A stretch of 32,000 bases of DNA from Patescibacteria group bacterium (GCA_041649575.1 JBAZMW010000004.1:90001-122000); one strand, 5' to 3'. Shown: positions 1 through 9,667, counted from the stretch's first letter. The notes: generated by a model from the letters alone, not told the origin. Numbers and translations are program-made.

Positions 1-130
1 TGGGTTGGCGCCAATCATTCACCGGATGATTGGCGGCGTTCGCCTTCGGCTCACTGCCAACCCGTTCAAATCCCAGCCTTTCTGTCGAAAGGCAAATTTT
101 ACTCCCGCTTCGCGGGGTAAAATTTTCCTT

Positions 131-217
131 CGGAGAGGGAGGGATTTGAACCCTCGAGACCCTTTCAGGCCTATCGCTTTTCGAGAGCGACCTATTCAAC
201 CACTCTAGCACCTCTCC
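131..217 (-). tRNA. tRNA-Ser(CGA)
   Basis: Minus strand folds as a class II tRNA: GGAGAGG acceptor paired with CCTCTCC plus discriminator G; anticodon arm CGCT-CTCGAAA-AGCG gives anticodon CGA; long variable arm; T-loop GGTTCAAATCCC. Confidence 0.93.
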
Positions 218-230
218 ATGTTTGTTATTT

Positions 231-488
231 TTATTTTTCCAATATAACCGTTTTTATTCTTGTCTTTAAGACTCTTCTCCCTTGACCGGTTTTATAAAAT
301 AACTCTTGATTTCTGGCATCTTTCTCATATTTGAAAGCCTCGTAATATATAATCTCTAATGGCCTTCTATTTCTTGTGCTTTCAACTTTTCCGGAAGCGT
401 GTTCCATAAACCTCCTTCTTAAGTCGCTAGTATACCCAATATACAGTTTTTTATCATACTGACTTTTAAGGATATAAACAAAAAACAT
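231..488 (-). CDS. Small GIY-YIG nuclease domain protein (YhbQ/UvrC N-terminal-like)
   Basis: ORF MFFVYILKSQYDKKLYIGYTSDLRRRFMEH...; the VYILKS/LYIGYT motif typical of single-domain GIY-YIG proteins. The provided ORF starts at 509; the internal ATG at 488 gives the canonical N-terminus. Confidence 0.88.
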   Translation of the reverse strand: MFFVYILKSQYDKKLYIGYTSDLRRRFMEHASGKVESTRNRRPLEIIYYEAFKYEKDARNQELFYKTGQGRRVLKTRIKTVILEK

Positions 489-510
489 TATTATTTTTAG
501 TTTTATCAAC

Positions 511-579
511 TCCGCTCAGCCTGCCCGCTCAAGAATCTGAGCGGGCTGGTGAGCGGACCCGCTCGCTCCGCCGAGCGGG
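511..579. repeat. 69-bp GC-rich double hairpin inserted in a tRNA-Ser 5' fragment
   Basis: TCCGCTCAGCCTGCCCGCTCA-agaatc-TGAGCGGGCTGGTGAGCGGA (nearly perfect hairpin) followed by CCCGCTCG-ctccgc-CGAGCGGG; flanked by TCAAC and CACTCTAGCACCT, which are contiguous in the intact tRNA-Ser. Confidence 0.8.
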
Positions 580-596
580 CACTCTAGCACCTATCC
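580..596 (-). pseudogene. 5' fragment of tRNA-Ser(CGA)
   Basis: Minus strand GGATAGGTGCTAGAGTG matches the intact tRNA-Ser 5' end GGAGAGGTGCTAGAGTG (16/17). Confidence 0.8.
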
Positions 597-610
597 ACAA
601 CAATTAACCT

Positions 611-1885
611 TTAGCTTTTGACTTCGCTTAGCTTTCTATTTATCACTGCCACGGCCATAATCAACCAGAACAACACTGATAGGTCATTCTTGAAGTATGG
701 CGCATCCACTAGTCCGTGGACGATTATTTCTAGGCCGACAAGCAGTAGAGTCAAATTTAATATTTTATCACCATGTTTGTCAAGCCAATTTTTGAAATTG
801 ACGGCAAAGTATTTGATAAACAGCCAAATAAAACTGATTAGCCCCAAGAGGCCCAGCTCGCTCCAGAAGTTTAGAATGATATTATGGGGATAAAGATAAA
901 TCTCAAAAGTTTTCAAGTGGTAGGGCGCGATTTTCAGCTGGTAGCCGGCCAGGCCGGCGCCCCAGAGCCAGTTGTCTTTTAGCATTTGCCAGCTTTCCTG
1001 CCAAATCAGCCGTCTGATAAATCCCGAATAGTCCTCCAAGGATAATTTGCTGATTAGATAATGATTAAAGGCCTGATTGAAAAAAAAGACAATAAAAAAC
1101 GCCAAAATTACGCCGCCGGTCAGCAGGCGGGTTTTTCTATTAATCAGCCCAAAGATCAGCAAACTTAGGATCACGGCCAGGACAGCTCCCTCGGATTTGG
1201 CCAAAACGATAGTCAGGAAGCCGGCAGCGATAATCAAAGCTTTCAAAAATTGGCTTAAAAAGATTTTTAAGCTGGAGGCACTTACTTCCGCTCCCTGCCA
1301 GAAAAAGCCGACAAACAAAACAATTATCGGCCCCAGGTACAGGCCTAGGGCGTTGGGATAGGCCAAAAGAGAAACCACGCGGTCGACCGAGCCGTCGGGG
1401 TTTAAAAAAGCTTGAGGCACGCCCCAGCCGCTGAACTTCTGCCAAAAGGAAAAAGCGGAAAGATAAAGAACGGAAAGCCCGAGTGACCAGAAGATGTTTT
1501 TTAATTGTCGTTTGTCTTTAACAGTGTTAATTAAAATAATAAAGATGAGCAGCGGCTCTATAAAATAGGCTTTCCAAATACCGGCCGCCTGTCTCAAGGC
1601 GGGTGAGGTAAAGACAGAAATAGTGGCAAAAATAACGATAGCGATTAGCGGCCAAAAAAAAGGATTGGCTCTAAATCCACCGAGCCACCTAAGCCGGTTT
1701 TTCAACAGAAAGACAATAAAGAGAACCAAAATCAGAACTTCCAAAAGCGTAAACGGCAAACCAAAAATCTCCGAACGGATAATAAAGCTGGGCAAAGCGG
1801 CAACGAGCAAACAGGTGGCCAACTCGAAATTTTTGTAAGCCAGCCAGAGAAACAGCAGGCCGCAGATAAGAATAAATAATAACAT
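611..1885 (-). CDS. O-antigen ligase/polymerase family membrane protein
   Basis: 424 aa polytopic membrane protein; Wzy/O-antigen ligase-like stretch (LKDNWLWGAGLAGYQ...YPHNIILNFWSELGLLGLISF). Confidence 0.85.
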   Translation of the reverse strand: MLLFILICGLLFLWLAYKNFELATCLLVAALPSFIIRSEIFGLPFTLLEVLILVLFIVFLLKNRLRWLGGFRANPFFWPLIAIVIFATISVFTSPALRQAAGIWKAYFIEPLLIFIILINTVKDKRQLKNIFWSLGLSVLYLSAFSFWQKFSGWGVPQAFLNPDGSVDRVVSLLAYPNALGLYLGPIIVLFVGFFWQGAEVSASSLKIFLSQFLKALIIAAGFLTIVLAKSEGAVLAVILSLLIFGLINRKTRLLTGGVILAFFIVFFFNQAFNHYLISKLSLEDYSGFIRRLIWQESWQMLKDNWLWGAGLAGYQLKIAPYHLKTFEIYLYPHNIILNFWSELGLLGLISFIWLFIKYFAVNFKNWLDKHGDKILNLTLLLVGLEIIVHGLVDAPYFKNDLSVLFWLIMAVAVINRKLSEVKS

Positions 1886-1888
1886 ATC

Positions 1889-3307
1889 TTAATTCTTAAA
1901 CTTCATAATTTCTAAAATGGTTTTTTTCTCGATTCCTCTTAAGGCGTAAAGCATAAAAAAATAAACCAGCAAGCCAATAATTATCAGAGTTACTAGATTT
2001 TGTGAGATTAGAGCCAGTAGCACCAGCGACATGATTAGTCCGGCCAGGGCGGCTTTGGTAAAAATTTTAAATTTAAATGAAACGTTTAGGTTTTTTCTTA
2101 GGAGGTGAAAGGCAAAGAGAGCCATCAGCGCTTCGCTTAAGACCGTGAGCCAGGCAGCGGCCCAGTAGGAATAAAGAGGAATGAGAATTACATAAAGAAT
2201 CAAAGCCAGGGCGGCATTAAAAAGGTAGAATTTGATCATTTTTTTCTGCAGTTCGGCGGCGACAATAGCATAACCGAACAAGGCGCTAAAATAAATGGCC
2301 GCCGCCGCCAGCGTCAGTAATTTGATAATTTGTCCGGCCGGCAAAAAATCGGCCCCGGCGATAAGCACCATGATTTTTTCGCCCAGGACCAAGCTGGCCA
2401 AAACCATCGGCCAAACAATAATAGCCATGAGATCGAAGGACTTTTGCAAAATATTTTTGAAAGCTTCTTTGCTGGTGACAAAAAATTTGGTCAAGATCGG
2501 CAAGAGCAGGCCCAAAAAAAGATAAGGAAATTGCACTAAGACATCCAAAACCCGGTAGGCGGCTCCATAGAGCCCTACCTCGTTGGCCGGACGGGACAAG
2601 GACAAAATTATCATATCGGCGCGAAAGTAGACCAAGGTCAGGGCAATGGTGATAGACAGTGGCCAGGCTTGGTCAAAGACTTTTTTCCAGATTTTTAAAT
2701 CAAAAGCAAAACCGAAAGCCAGTCGCTTGGCGCCAGAGACCAGAAGGATAACCAGAGACAAAAGATTGCCAACAACCACCGACCAAATCAGATAAATCAG
2801 CCCGGCCTGGAAATAGATTGTCAGTCCGGCTCCGATCAACAAGGCCAAGCGGCCCCAGATTTCCGCCAGTGCAACCCTGGACATTTCCAAGTTTTTTTGG
2901 AAGACGCTGATGAGTACTGTCTGCAGAGAGATGAACAAAAAAGACAAACTGACGATAGTGATTCCCTGCTTGATCAGCAAAGAATAAGGCAGACACCAAG
3001 CAATAATTGTACCCGAGCCCAGGAAAATCAAGGAAGAAAAAAATCTCAAGGCCAGAATGTTTTTAAATATTTTTTCTTGATCGGCAGCTGGCTTGGAGAG
3101 CATCTGAGCCGCCACCATTTGCAGGCCAAAATCGGAGAGAACGGCGAAAAATTGGAGGAAAGAAATGGCGGTTGTAAAATAGCCATAGCCGGTTTGGCCG
3201 AGATAGCGAGTCATCAGTCCGACAGTAAACAGCCCCAACAAAGTGCCAAGAGCTTTACTGACGATTTGGTAAAAGGTGTTTTTAGCGATTTTAGACAATA
3301 GAGACAT
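1889..3307 (-). CDS. Oligosaccharide flippase (Wzx/MATE-like) family protein
   Basis: 472 aa, multi-TM; N-terminus NTFYQIVSKALGTLLGLFTVGLMTRYLGQTGYGYFTTAISFLQFFAVLSDFGL is typical of polysaccharide flippases; adjacent to the O-antigen ligase-like gene. Confidence 0.88.
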   Translation of the reverse strand: MSLLSKIAKNTFYQIVSKALGTLLGLFTVGLMTRYLGQTGYGYFTTAISFLQFFAVLSDFGLQMVAAQMLSKPAADQEKIFKNILALRFFSSLIFLGSGTIIAWCLPYSLLIKQGITIVSLSFLFISLQTVLISVFQKNLEMSRVALAEIWGRLALLIGAGLTIYFQAGLIYLIWSVVVGNLLSLVILLVSGAKRLAFGFAFDLKIWKKVFDQAWPLSITIALTLVYFRADMIILSLSRPANEVGLYGAAYRVLDVLVQFPYLFLGLLLPILTKFFVTSKEAFKNILQKSFDLMAIIVWPMVLASLVLGEKIMVLIAGADFLPAGQIIKLLTLAAAAIYFSALFGYAIVAAELQKKMIKFYLFNAALALILYVILIPLYSYWAAAWLTVLSEALMALFAFHLLRKNLNVSFKFKIFTKAALAGLIMSLVLLALISQNLVTLIIIGLLVYFFMLYALRGIEKKTILEIMKFKN

Positions 3308-3450
3308 AAAGATAGCTAGCAGCTTCTTAAGTTAGATTATCATTTTTTGGACACTCTTTCAAAAGCGGCGAGCTGCTTTTAAGGAATTGACGATTATGGT
3401 ATAATCTAATCAAATTGAAACAGCCAGGCTAAGAAATAAAATTAAATTTT

Positions 3451-3795
3451 ATGAAAATTTGTAAACAGATCATAGCTCTCTCGGCGATTGGGGTCATGGT
3501 TTTTATTTTGGCCGGCTGCGGCCAGCCAGAAGAGAGCCTGGACATTAATCAGCTAAATGAAATTGAGGGGCAGGTTCAGGAACAGCCCGGTCAGTTAAAC
3601 GCTAGCGAAAACAGGGACGGGGCCAACACTAATGGCGAGATAACCGAAGGAGATCAGCTGGATAGCGGCTCAATGCCGGCCCAAACCAAGATAAATGGTA
3701 GCAGCGACATCGATAAGCTGCTCAAAGATTTGGATAAACCGACGGAGAGTGAGACGGTTAATCAGATTGATGACCGCGATTTGAATCAATTTTAA
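3451..3795 (+). CDS. Small lipoprotein, function unknown
   Basis: 114 aa; N-terminal signal with lipobox-like VFILAGCGQ; acidic, Q/N/D-rich remainder; upstream TTAAATTTT spacing without a strong SD. Confidence 0.7.
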   Translation: MKICKQIIALSAIGVMVFILAGCGQPEESLDINQLNEIEGQVQEQPGQLNASENRDGANTNGEITEGDQLDSGSMPAQTKINGSSDIDKLLKDLDKPTESETVNQIDDRDLNQF

Positions 3796-3832
3796 AATTT
3801 AAACGGTTTTAAATAATAAAATTAATAATAAT

Positions 3833-6058
3833 ATGACCAGGCCAAAAATTAAATTAATTTTGTTTTTGTCGATTTTGACGGCCCTAGCGCTGCCAGCAGC
3901 TTTGCCGGCCAGAGCTGCCGGCGATTTGACCACTCTAAAAAACAAGGCGATTCAGGAGTGTTATGCGGCCAAGGTGTCTCTGCAACAATACACAGCCAAT
4001 CTTGGCTCGTCCAGTCTGGTGTATAAAAATTTAGCCAGCGATATCTCGGTGACAGTGGGAAGCAACGCCTTGTTTTTGCCGGCTATAAAAAGCGTTTTAT
4101 TAAACAAAGCCAACAGCGTTTATGCCGATGTTAATAATCTGTGTACGGCCATTAACAGCGCCAGCAATCTGGCGGCGGCTCAAAATGATTATAATAGTTT
4201 TGCGGCCAAAAAATCAGTGGCCTTGACGATTCTAAACAAGGCCAAAGCTTGGGATTCCTTTTATGGCCGCCTTAAGGCCTCGGGAGCCAATTATGCCTAT
4301 CTTAAAACATTAGCCGACGACCCTGATTTCAGGGGCACTTTGCACAATTCTTTATTAAGAGAGGAAAGGGTGGTGGACCAGGCTCTTGGCGTTATGGAAA
4401 CTAATTTGCCAAGGGTTGTCAGTCAGATGCCCGATGTTGCTTTTTATAATAATTTATTTACCTTGAGTTCCAGTGAGGCCAGTCAGGCCATAGGAAATTT
4501 AGATCAAAAAATATCCCAAAGAAACACCTGGCTCAACAGCGTCGACGCTAGCTACAAGAATAGCTATCCTGCCTTGCTCAAGGCCATGGATTTGGCCGCT
4601 CAATACAAAGTGCCTAAGACCGGAGCGGTTTATGAACAGTACAATAAGTTTTATAGCGACTATGTCAAACGCGCCCAGGCCTTGGTTAAGGATTTGAAAG
4701 GAAAGATTGCTAGCGACAAAGCGGCGTTAAATTCCCTGAAGGCGAAGATAGACCCGATTGCGACAATCAAGGCCTTGAAACTTTTGGATCCGTCCGTGGC
4801 CACGACCTTGGTGGACAAAATAGACGCTTTAACCAATACCCTAAACACCATCGACTCCAATCTTAATAATAGTATTAGTTATATTTCGGCCAAGACTTAT
4901 AATGCCAACCGAGACAACTTAAAAATTAGTTCGATTATTATACCAAGCATTAATTACGCCATTAGCTTTAACAAAAACGTTGATAAACTTAATCAGTTAA
5001 CAGCCGTTTATAATCGTTTCAACGCTTCTTATTCGGCTCTGCTGGGCGGTTTGGACTCGGATGACGGGATTGATAATATGAAAGACATCGGCGATTTAAA
5101 CAAAATTAAACAGAATTTTAGCGCTATAAACACCAATTACCTAGTGGCATTAAACGGCGCTGATAAGGTGGCCCTGGAACAGAAAATCAAAAACAATGCC
5201 GGCGCCAGCCCAGACATCAACTCCCTTTTAGCCGCCCATAAAGATTACAGTAAACGATTAACTTACGCCTCCAGCGACGTTTCCAAAAATCGTAGTAATT
5301 GGTGGAAGCTGATAACGCAGGCGGCGATCAACGGACGGATCAAAAATTTTAGCTCCCTGGCCTGGGTTCAAGAAGAAAACAAAGCCAAGGCAACTTTTGA
5401 GAGTTTTGCCAAAAGGCGGGATAGCTATATGGCCCAAGCCAGAAAATTGATCGACAGCCGCAGAGCCACTTTGGAAAAAAATCAATTTATCATTGATGAT
5501 CTGATGTATCTGCCGGATACCGTCAGGACAGCAGTGAATTTTTCCAGCCGCACTCAAGCCCTGATTTCCAATCTGGAAGACTATTATCAAAATAATATAG
5601 CCACGGTTAATAATTATAACGACTTGGTGGCCAATGTGAAAGGCTTAAAGGATTTTAAAATCAGTGAAGTTTTTATTCCTCTAGAGAGTATTTACATCAC
5701 CTTCAACGGCTATTATAAAAAATTGAGCATTTTAAACGCAGTGATGACCGATGACCTAAACGGTTTGACGGTAAGAATCAGTGCTCTGGAAAATAATTCT
5801 AGTCAAAAGCAGCATGACGCCGGCTTGGCTCTTCGCCAAGCTTATGATCAGACTATGATTGGCAGTTTAAGCCCTTTAATTGGCGAGTTTAACACGGCTT
5901 TGACCGTTGATTTGGTGGACGCTCTGGTTGCCAACGACTTGGCTTTAACCAAAAATATGACCTTTAAGAAGAATTTGTTGGCCTCCAATTTATCAATGGC
6001 GGTCAGGAAGGTGAGCGATTTAAATACCGCTGTCAAAAGAGCCGAAGCAATAAAATAA
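3833..6058 (+). CDS. Secreted coiled-coil-rich protein, function unknown
   Basis: 741 aa with signal peptide (LILFLSILTALALPAALPARAA); long helical, Leu/Asn/Asp-rich body, no family recognised. Confidence 0.75.
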   Translation: MTRPKIKLILFLSILTALALPAALPARAAGDLTTLKNKAIQECYAAKVSLQQYTANLGSSSLVYKNLASDISVTVGSNALFLPAIKSVLLNKANSVYADVNNLCTAINSASNLAAAQNDYNSFAAKKSVALTILNKAKAWDSFYGRLKASGANYAYLKTLADDPDFRGTLHNSLLREERVVDQALGVMETNLPRVVSQMPDVAFYNNLFTLSSSEASQAIGNLDQKISQRNTWLNSVDASYKNSYPALLKAMDLAAQYKVPKTGAVYEQYNKFYSDYVKRAQALVKDLKGKIASDKAALNSLKAKIDPIATIKALKLLDPSVATTLVDKIDALTNTLNTIDSNLNNSISYISAKTYNANRDNLKISSIIIPSINYAISFNKNVDKLNQLTAVYNRFNASYSALLGGLDSDDGIDNMKDIGDLNKIKQNFSAINTNYLVALNGADKVALEQKIKNNAGASPDINSLLAAHKDYSKRLTYASSDVSKNRSNWWKLITQAAINGRIKNFSSLAWVQEENKAKATFESFAKRRDSYMAQARKLIDSRRATLEKNQFIIDDLMYLPDTVRTAVNFSSRTQALISNLEDYYQNNIATVNNYNDLVANVKGLKDFKISEVFIPLESIYITFNGYYKKLSILNAVMTDDLNGLTVRISALENNSSQKQHDAGLALRQAYDQTMIGSLSPLIGEFNTALTVDLVDALVANDLALTKNMTFKKNLLASNLSMAVRKVSDLNTAVKRAEAIK

Positions 6059-6084
6059 ATAGATATTTTTATTAAAACACAGTT

Positions 6085-6113
6085 AAATCCCTCCCGATAA
6101 TCGGGAGGGATTT
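6085..6113. terminator. Bidirectional intrinsic terminator between convergent genes
   Basis: Perfect 13-bp hairpin AAATCCCTCCCGA-taa-TCGGGAGGGATTT in the gap between convergent CDSs. Confidence 0.85.
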
Positions 6114-6123
6114 AAAAATGATT

Positions 6124-7125
6124 TTACCAGAGTTTTTTGGCTGCTTGCCAGTAGAAATCGTATTGGCGATATTCTTTTAAGAAATACCACCACTCCACAC
6201 CCCAGAGATAGATTTCATCAAAACCGGCTCGCCGGGCGAAACTGATGTTTTTTTGGAATTGTCGGGGAGACATGGAGGCAAAGTGCTCCTCCAAAGACAT
6301 TTTGTCCAGAGTAGTGTTTTGTTTGTGCCAGCTTTCGGCTTGTAATTCGGCGACTATTACCTTACTGGTTGGAGAAAAAGTTTTGACCAGCAGGGCCTTA
6401 AAATAATAGAAAGAAGGCGGCAAAAACCAATGGAAGTAGCCAAAACGCGGATTATAGACAACTCGGTATAAGGTGGTGCCCAGAATTTTTCCGCCGGAGA
6501 AAGCCGCCGGTAGCCAAGTGCTCAATTCTCCGCTATCGGTAATAAGAATTGGCCTCGAGTCAAGGCTCTTGACCAGTCGAATCTCTTTTTTTAGAAAATT
6601 TTTATCTAACGGCGGGCACTCGCCGAAGAATTTTAGGAAGGGCTCGTTTTCAACTTGCCAGTAAGTGATATTAGGGATGCCTCGGTAGCGTTTTATGACG
6701 GTTTCGATAAACTGCAATTGATGTTGTTGTACTTCTTCGGTGGCAAGGTTTTTTATCCAGGCCGGATCATGGCACTCGGGCCAGCGGGGCAGCTTTCGGC
6801 CGACCGCTAGTATAATTTTTGTCCCTCTTTTAGAGGCTTCACTCACCTGCCAATCAAGCCCGGAAAAGTTATAGGTATCAGGTGACGGCTGATTGTAATT
6901 CCAGTAAGCCGACAGGCGCAAATGATCGACTCGCAAATCGTCTAAAATGGCCAGATAAGTTTTTTGCCAATCCAAACCTAGTTCGTTCTGCGCGTATTCC
7001 TGGCTGAAAGTGACGCCCCAGTCGATTTTCTTGGGAGAGAAATCCCAAACAAAAAGCAAGACAACGACAATAAGAACGATTAACAAAACGATAAGCATAT
7101 TTTTAAGATTGAATTTTTTTTTCAT
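6124..7125 (-). CDS. Membrane-anchored glycoside hydrolase (clan GH-A/cellulase-like TIM barrel)
   Basis: 333 aa; N-terminal TM anchor; WGVTFSQEYAQ..LGLDWQKTYLAILDDLRVDHLRLSAYWNYNQPSP..; IPNITYWQVENEP acid/base Asn-Glu motif; EIYLWGVEWWY. Confidence 0.75.
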   Translation of the reverse strand: MKKKFNLKNMLIVLLIVLIVVVLLFVWDFSPKKIDWGVTFSQEYAQNELGLDWQKTYLAILDDLRVDHLRLSAYWNYNQPSPDTYNFSGLDWQVSEASKRGTKIILAVGRKLPRWPECHDPAWIKNLATEEVQQHQLQFIETVIKRYRGIPNITYWQVENEPFLKFFGECPPLDKNFLKKEIRLVKSLDSRPILITDSGELSTWLPAAFSGGKILGTTLYRVVYNPRFGYFHWFLPPSFYYFKALLVKTFSPTSKVIVAELQAESWHKQNTTLDKMSLEEHFASMSPRQFQKNISFARRAGFDEIYLWGVEWWYFLKEYRQYDFYWQAAKKLW

Positions 7126-7128
7126 GCT

Positions 7129-8022
7129 TTAAAGATAAATTAAGACCAAGCCGGTTATTATCAGAACGATGGCAATTATTTTTTGCGTTAAAATTTTCGG
7201 GGTCATTTTTTCCTCCAAGATTTTTGGGAATTTTTTAGATAAAGCCAAAATAATAATTAGAAGAAAAACATATTCCAAACCCCTTAAAGCATTGACTATC
7301 GCCACACTGGAAGAAATAGAGATGACGTAATTGACTAAAATGAAGCTTAGGGCGCCGCAGACTTGGCCGAAAATAAACAGTGAACCCGCTTTTTTTTGCG
7401 GTTGGGTAACTTCTTTTTTGATATCGCGGCGATTGCGACCGGGCAACAGAAAAAGTAGAGCGCCCAGAAAGGTGCCGATTCTGGCCCAGACAAAAACAGT
7501 TATAAAATCTTGGGAAGTAAAAAGATATTTACTTAGAGTGTAGGAAATGGCAAAAAGCAAGGTGGCAATAATGGCCAAGAAATAACCAGCGCGGGTTTTG
7601 GCCGTGGTTTTTTGGCGAGAAATTAGCCAGGTACCCGCAAGAATGACCAGAAAAGCCAACAAACCCAGGATAGAAAGCCGTTCGTCTAGAAATACCGAGG
7701 CCAAAATCAAGACGAAAATTGGCTGCCAGCCGCCCATAAAAGGCGTGATGCGCGAGGCTTCATTTTTGGACAGCGCTTTAAACATGTACAGATAGGCAAA
7801 GGCAAAAATAAGGCCAGAAACCAAGTCTAGAAGCACCAGCCAAAGAGGATAGCCGAGTTTAAAGCCGAAAGGAGCGATAATTACACCTAGAACACTTAAA
7901 GCACCGATGAAAAAAGCATAAATGGCCGGGTTAGAGATTTTTTTGGACAATAAAAACTTATCGGTGGTGGTGGCCACGGCATTTAAGAGGTAGGCAAAAG
8001 CGATGATTATTAACCAGGTCAT
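7129..8022 (-). CDS. EamA/DMT family transporter
   Basis: 297 aa, about 10 TM segments; ITPFMGGWQPIFVLILASVFLDERLSILGLLAFLVILAGTWLI is typical of EamA domains. Confidence 0.85.
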   Translation of the reverse strand: MTWLIIIAFAYLLNAVATTTDKFLLSKKISNPAIYAFFIGALSVLGVIIAPFGFKLGYPLWLVLLDLVSGLIFAFAYLYMFKALSKNEASRITPFMGGWQPIFVLILASVFLDERLSILGLLAFLVILAGTWLISRQKTTAKTRAGYFLAIIATLLFAISYTLSKYLFTSQDFITVFVWARIGTFLGALLFLLPGRNRRDIKKEVTQPQKKAGSLFIFGQVCGALSFILVNYVISISSSVAIVNALRGLEYVFLLIIILALSKKFPKILEEKMTPKILTQKIIAIVLIITGLVLIYL

Positions 8023-8037
8023 ACTCTTATTATAGCA

Positions 8038-9159
8038 TTAAATAATTAGCATGGCATCGCCAAAACTAAAAAAACGGTATTTTTTATCTATCGCCTCGCG
8101 GTAGGTCGACTTGACTAATTTCTCGCCGGCGAAGGCGGAGACTAGCATTATTAAGGTTGATTTCGGCAGATGAAAATTAGTGATCAGTTTATCGACAAAT
8201 TTAAATTTATAGCCTGGATAAATAAAAATATTGACCCAGCGGCTTTGAGGTTTAAGCAGTCCTCGCTGGTCGCTGGCAGCTTCCAGGGTTCTGACAGTAG
8301 TGGTGCCCACGGCAATAATTTTTTTGCCGGATCGTTTTATCTGGTTGAGCTCTCTGGCGGTTTTTTCATCAAGGCTGGCAAACTCACTGTGGATTTTATG
8401 ATCGTTGATATATTTGGTTTTGACCGGCTGAAATGTTCCCAGACCGACGTGAAGAGTGAGATAATAAATTTTTATGCCTTTTTGTTTTAATTTTTTAAGC
8501 AAACTCTTGGTGAAGTGCAGACCGGCGGTGGGCGCGGCTACCGAGCCGGCGGCTTTAGCATAAATCGTTTGATAATCGGCCAGTCTGGCTGTTTTTTTGA
8601 TGTAAGGCGGTAGAGGCGTCTGACCAATGGAAAATAATTTTTTGTCTGAAACGTCGAAACGGATCAGATTTTGGCCCGCTGATTTTTTAACGATTTGTCC
8701 AATGATGTTTTTGGCAAAATAAATTTTGTCGCCGACCTTGGCTTTGCCACCAATAAGACATTGCCATAAGGCGGCTTCTCTCTTCCCCCGGTCTAGATTA
8801 AGCTGGGTTTTGAAATTTATTTTATAACCAGTGGCCTTCCCAGTCTCCTCTTGGCCTCCTCTTAGAAAGGAGGACAATTCTTTTTTTAGTAAAAAAATTT
8901 CAATTCGACCACCGGTTTCTCTGTGGCCCAGGAGCCGCGCCGGAATAACCTTTGAATTATTAAGAACCAAAGCATCGCCAGGCTCCAAATAATCAAATAA
9001 ATCAAAAAAATGGCGATGAGCGGTGGTTTTGTTTTTTCGATCAAGAATTAATAACCGCGCAGAATCTCGCGGTTTGATGGGTTGTTGGCTGATTAGGTTT
9101 TTGGGCAAATAGTAATCGAAAAGACTAAGCGGGATTTTGTTCTTTGGGGATTTTTTCAT
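8038..9159 (-). CDS. queA: S-adenosylmethionine:tRNA ribosyltransferase-isomerase
   Basis: YYLPKNLISQQPIKPRDSARLLILDR...VLNNSKVIPARLLG...AAPTAGLHFTKSLL...HVGLGTFQPV...GTTTVRTLEAA...NFHLPKSTLIMLVSAFAG are QueA signatures. Confidence 0.97.
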   Translation of the reverse strand: MKKSPKNKIPLSLFDYYLPKNLISQQPIKPRDSARLLILDRKNKTTAHRHFFDLFDYLEPGDALVLNNSKVIPARLLGHRETGGRIEIFLLKKELSSFLRGGQEETGKATGYKINFKTQLNLDRGKREAALWQCLIGGKAKVGDKIYFAKNIIGQIVKKSAGQNLIRFDVSDKKLFSIGQTPLPPYIKKTARLADYQTIYAKAAGSVAAPTAGLHFTKSLLKKLKQKGIKIYYLTLHVGLGTFQPVKTKYINDHKIHSEFASLDEKTARELNQIKRSGKKIIAVGTTTVRTLEAASDQRGLLKPQSRWVNIFIYPGYKFKFVDKLITNFHLPKSTLIMLVSAFAGEKLVKSTYREAIDKKYRFFSFGDAMLII

Positions 9160-9667
9160 TTAGTTTTTGGATGATTTTGGCGATTTTGTAGGGTTGGGGT
9201 ATTTGTTCAAAAGAAAATCTTTCTCTGGTCGCCGCTGATTGGATATAAACGTCGCCGTAATGCAAAATGGTGGCAAAAAAACCTTTTTGTTCGGCGGTGA
9301 CGTCTTGGATTTTTGCCAGATCCAGTTCAGAAACCACTCGGTTAAACAGGCCGTTTTGCTCACGGTTGATGATGCGGCAGGTGGTGACGGTCCAGACGTC
9401 TAAATAGTTTTCGGTCCAGGTGGTAAGAGCAAAGACAATCATAATTAGATAATAAGAAAGAGTCAAAACCAACAAAAAAGGATAGCCAAGCTCGTTGGTT
9501 AACAAACTCGGCGCAGCAAATTTAAGAAAAAGATAAATCAACCAGGGAATCAGGGCCAAAAAGACGAAGAAGAGAAAAATTTTAAAAAAGATAAACCAAT
9601 GACGACGCAAGTGCAGCACGATTTCTTCTCCGGTTTGGCGATTGGGAATGGCGTTTTTGTTGATCAT
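9125..9667 (-). CDS. PH domain-containing membrane protein
   Basis: 180 aa; two TM helices then VWTVTTCRIINREQNGLFNRVVSELDLAKIQDVTAEQKGFFATILHYGDVYIQSA, typical of bacterial PH (bPH2) proteins. Confidence 0.85.
   Translation of the reverse strand: MINKNAIPNRQTGEEIVLHLRRHWFIFFKIFLFFVFLALIPWLIYLFLKFAAPSLLTNELGYPFLLVLTLSYYLIMIVFALTTWTENYLDVWTVTTCRIINREQNGLFNRVVSELDLAKIQDVTAEQKGFFATILHYGDVYIQSAATRERFSFEQIPQPYKIAKIIQKLNEKIPKEQNPA

Noticed and set aside
5-208. 67-aa + strand ORF
   Set aside because: Runs antisense through tRNA-Ser and across the hairpin cluster; low-complexity translation of structured DNA.
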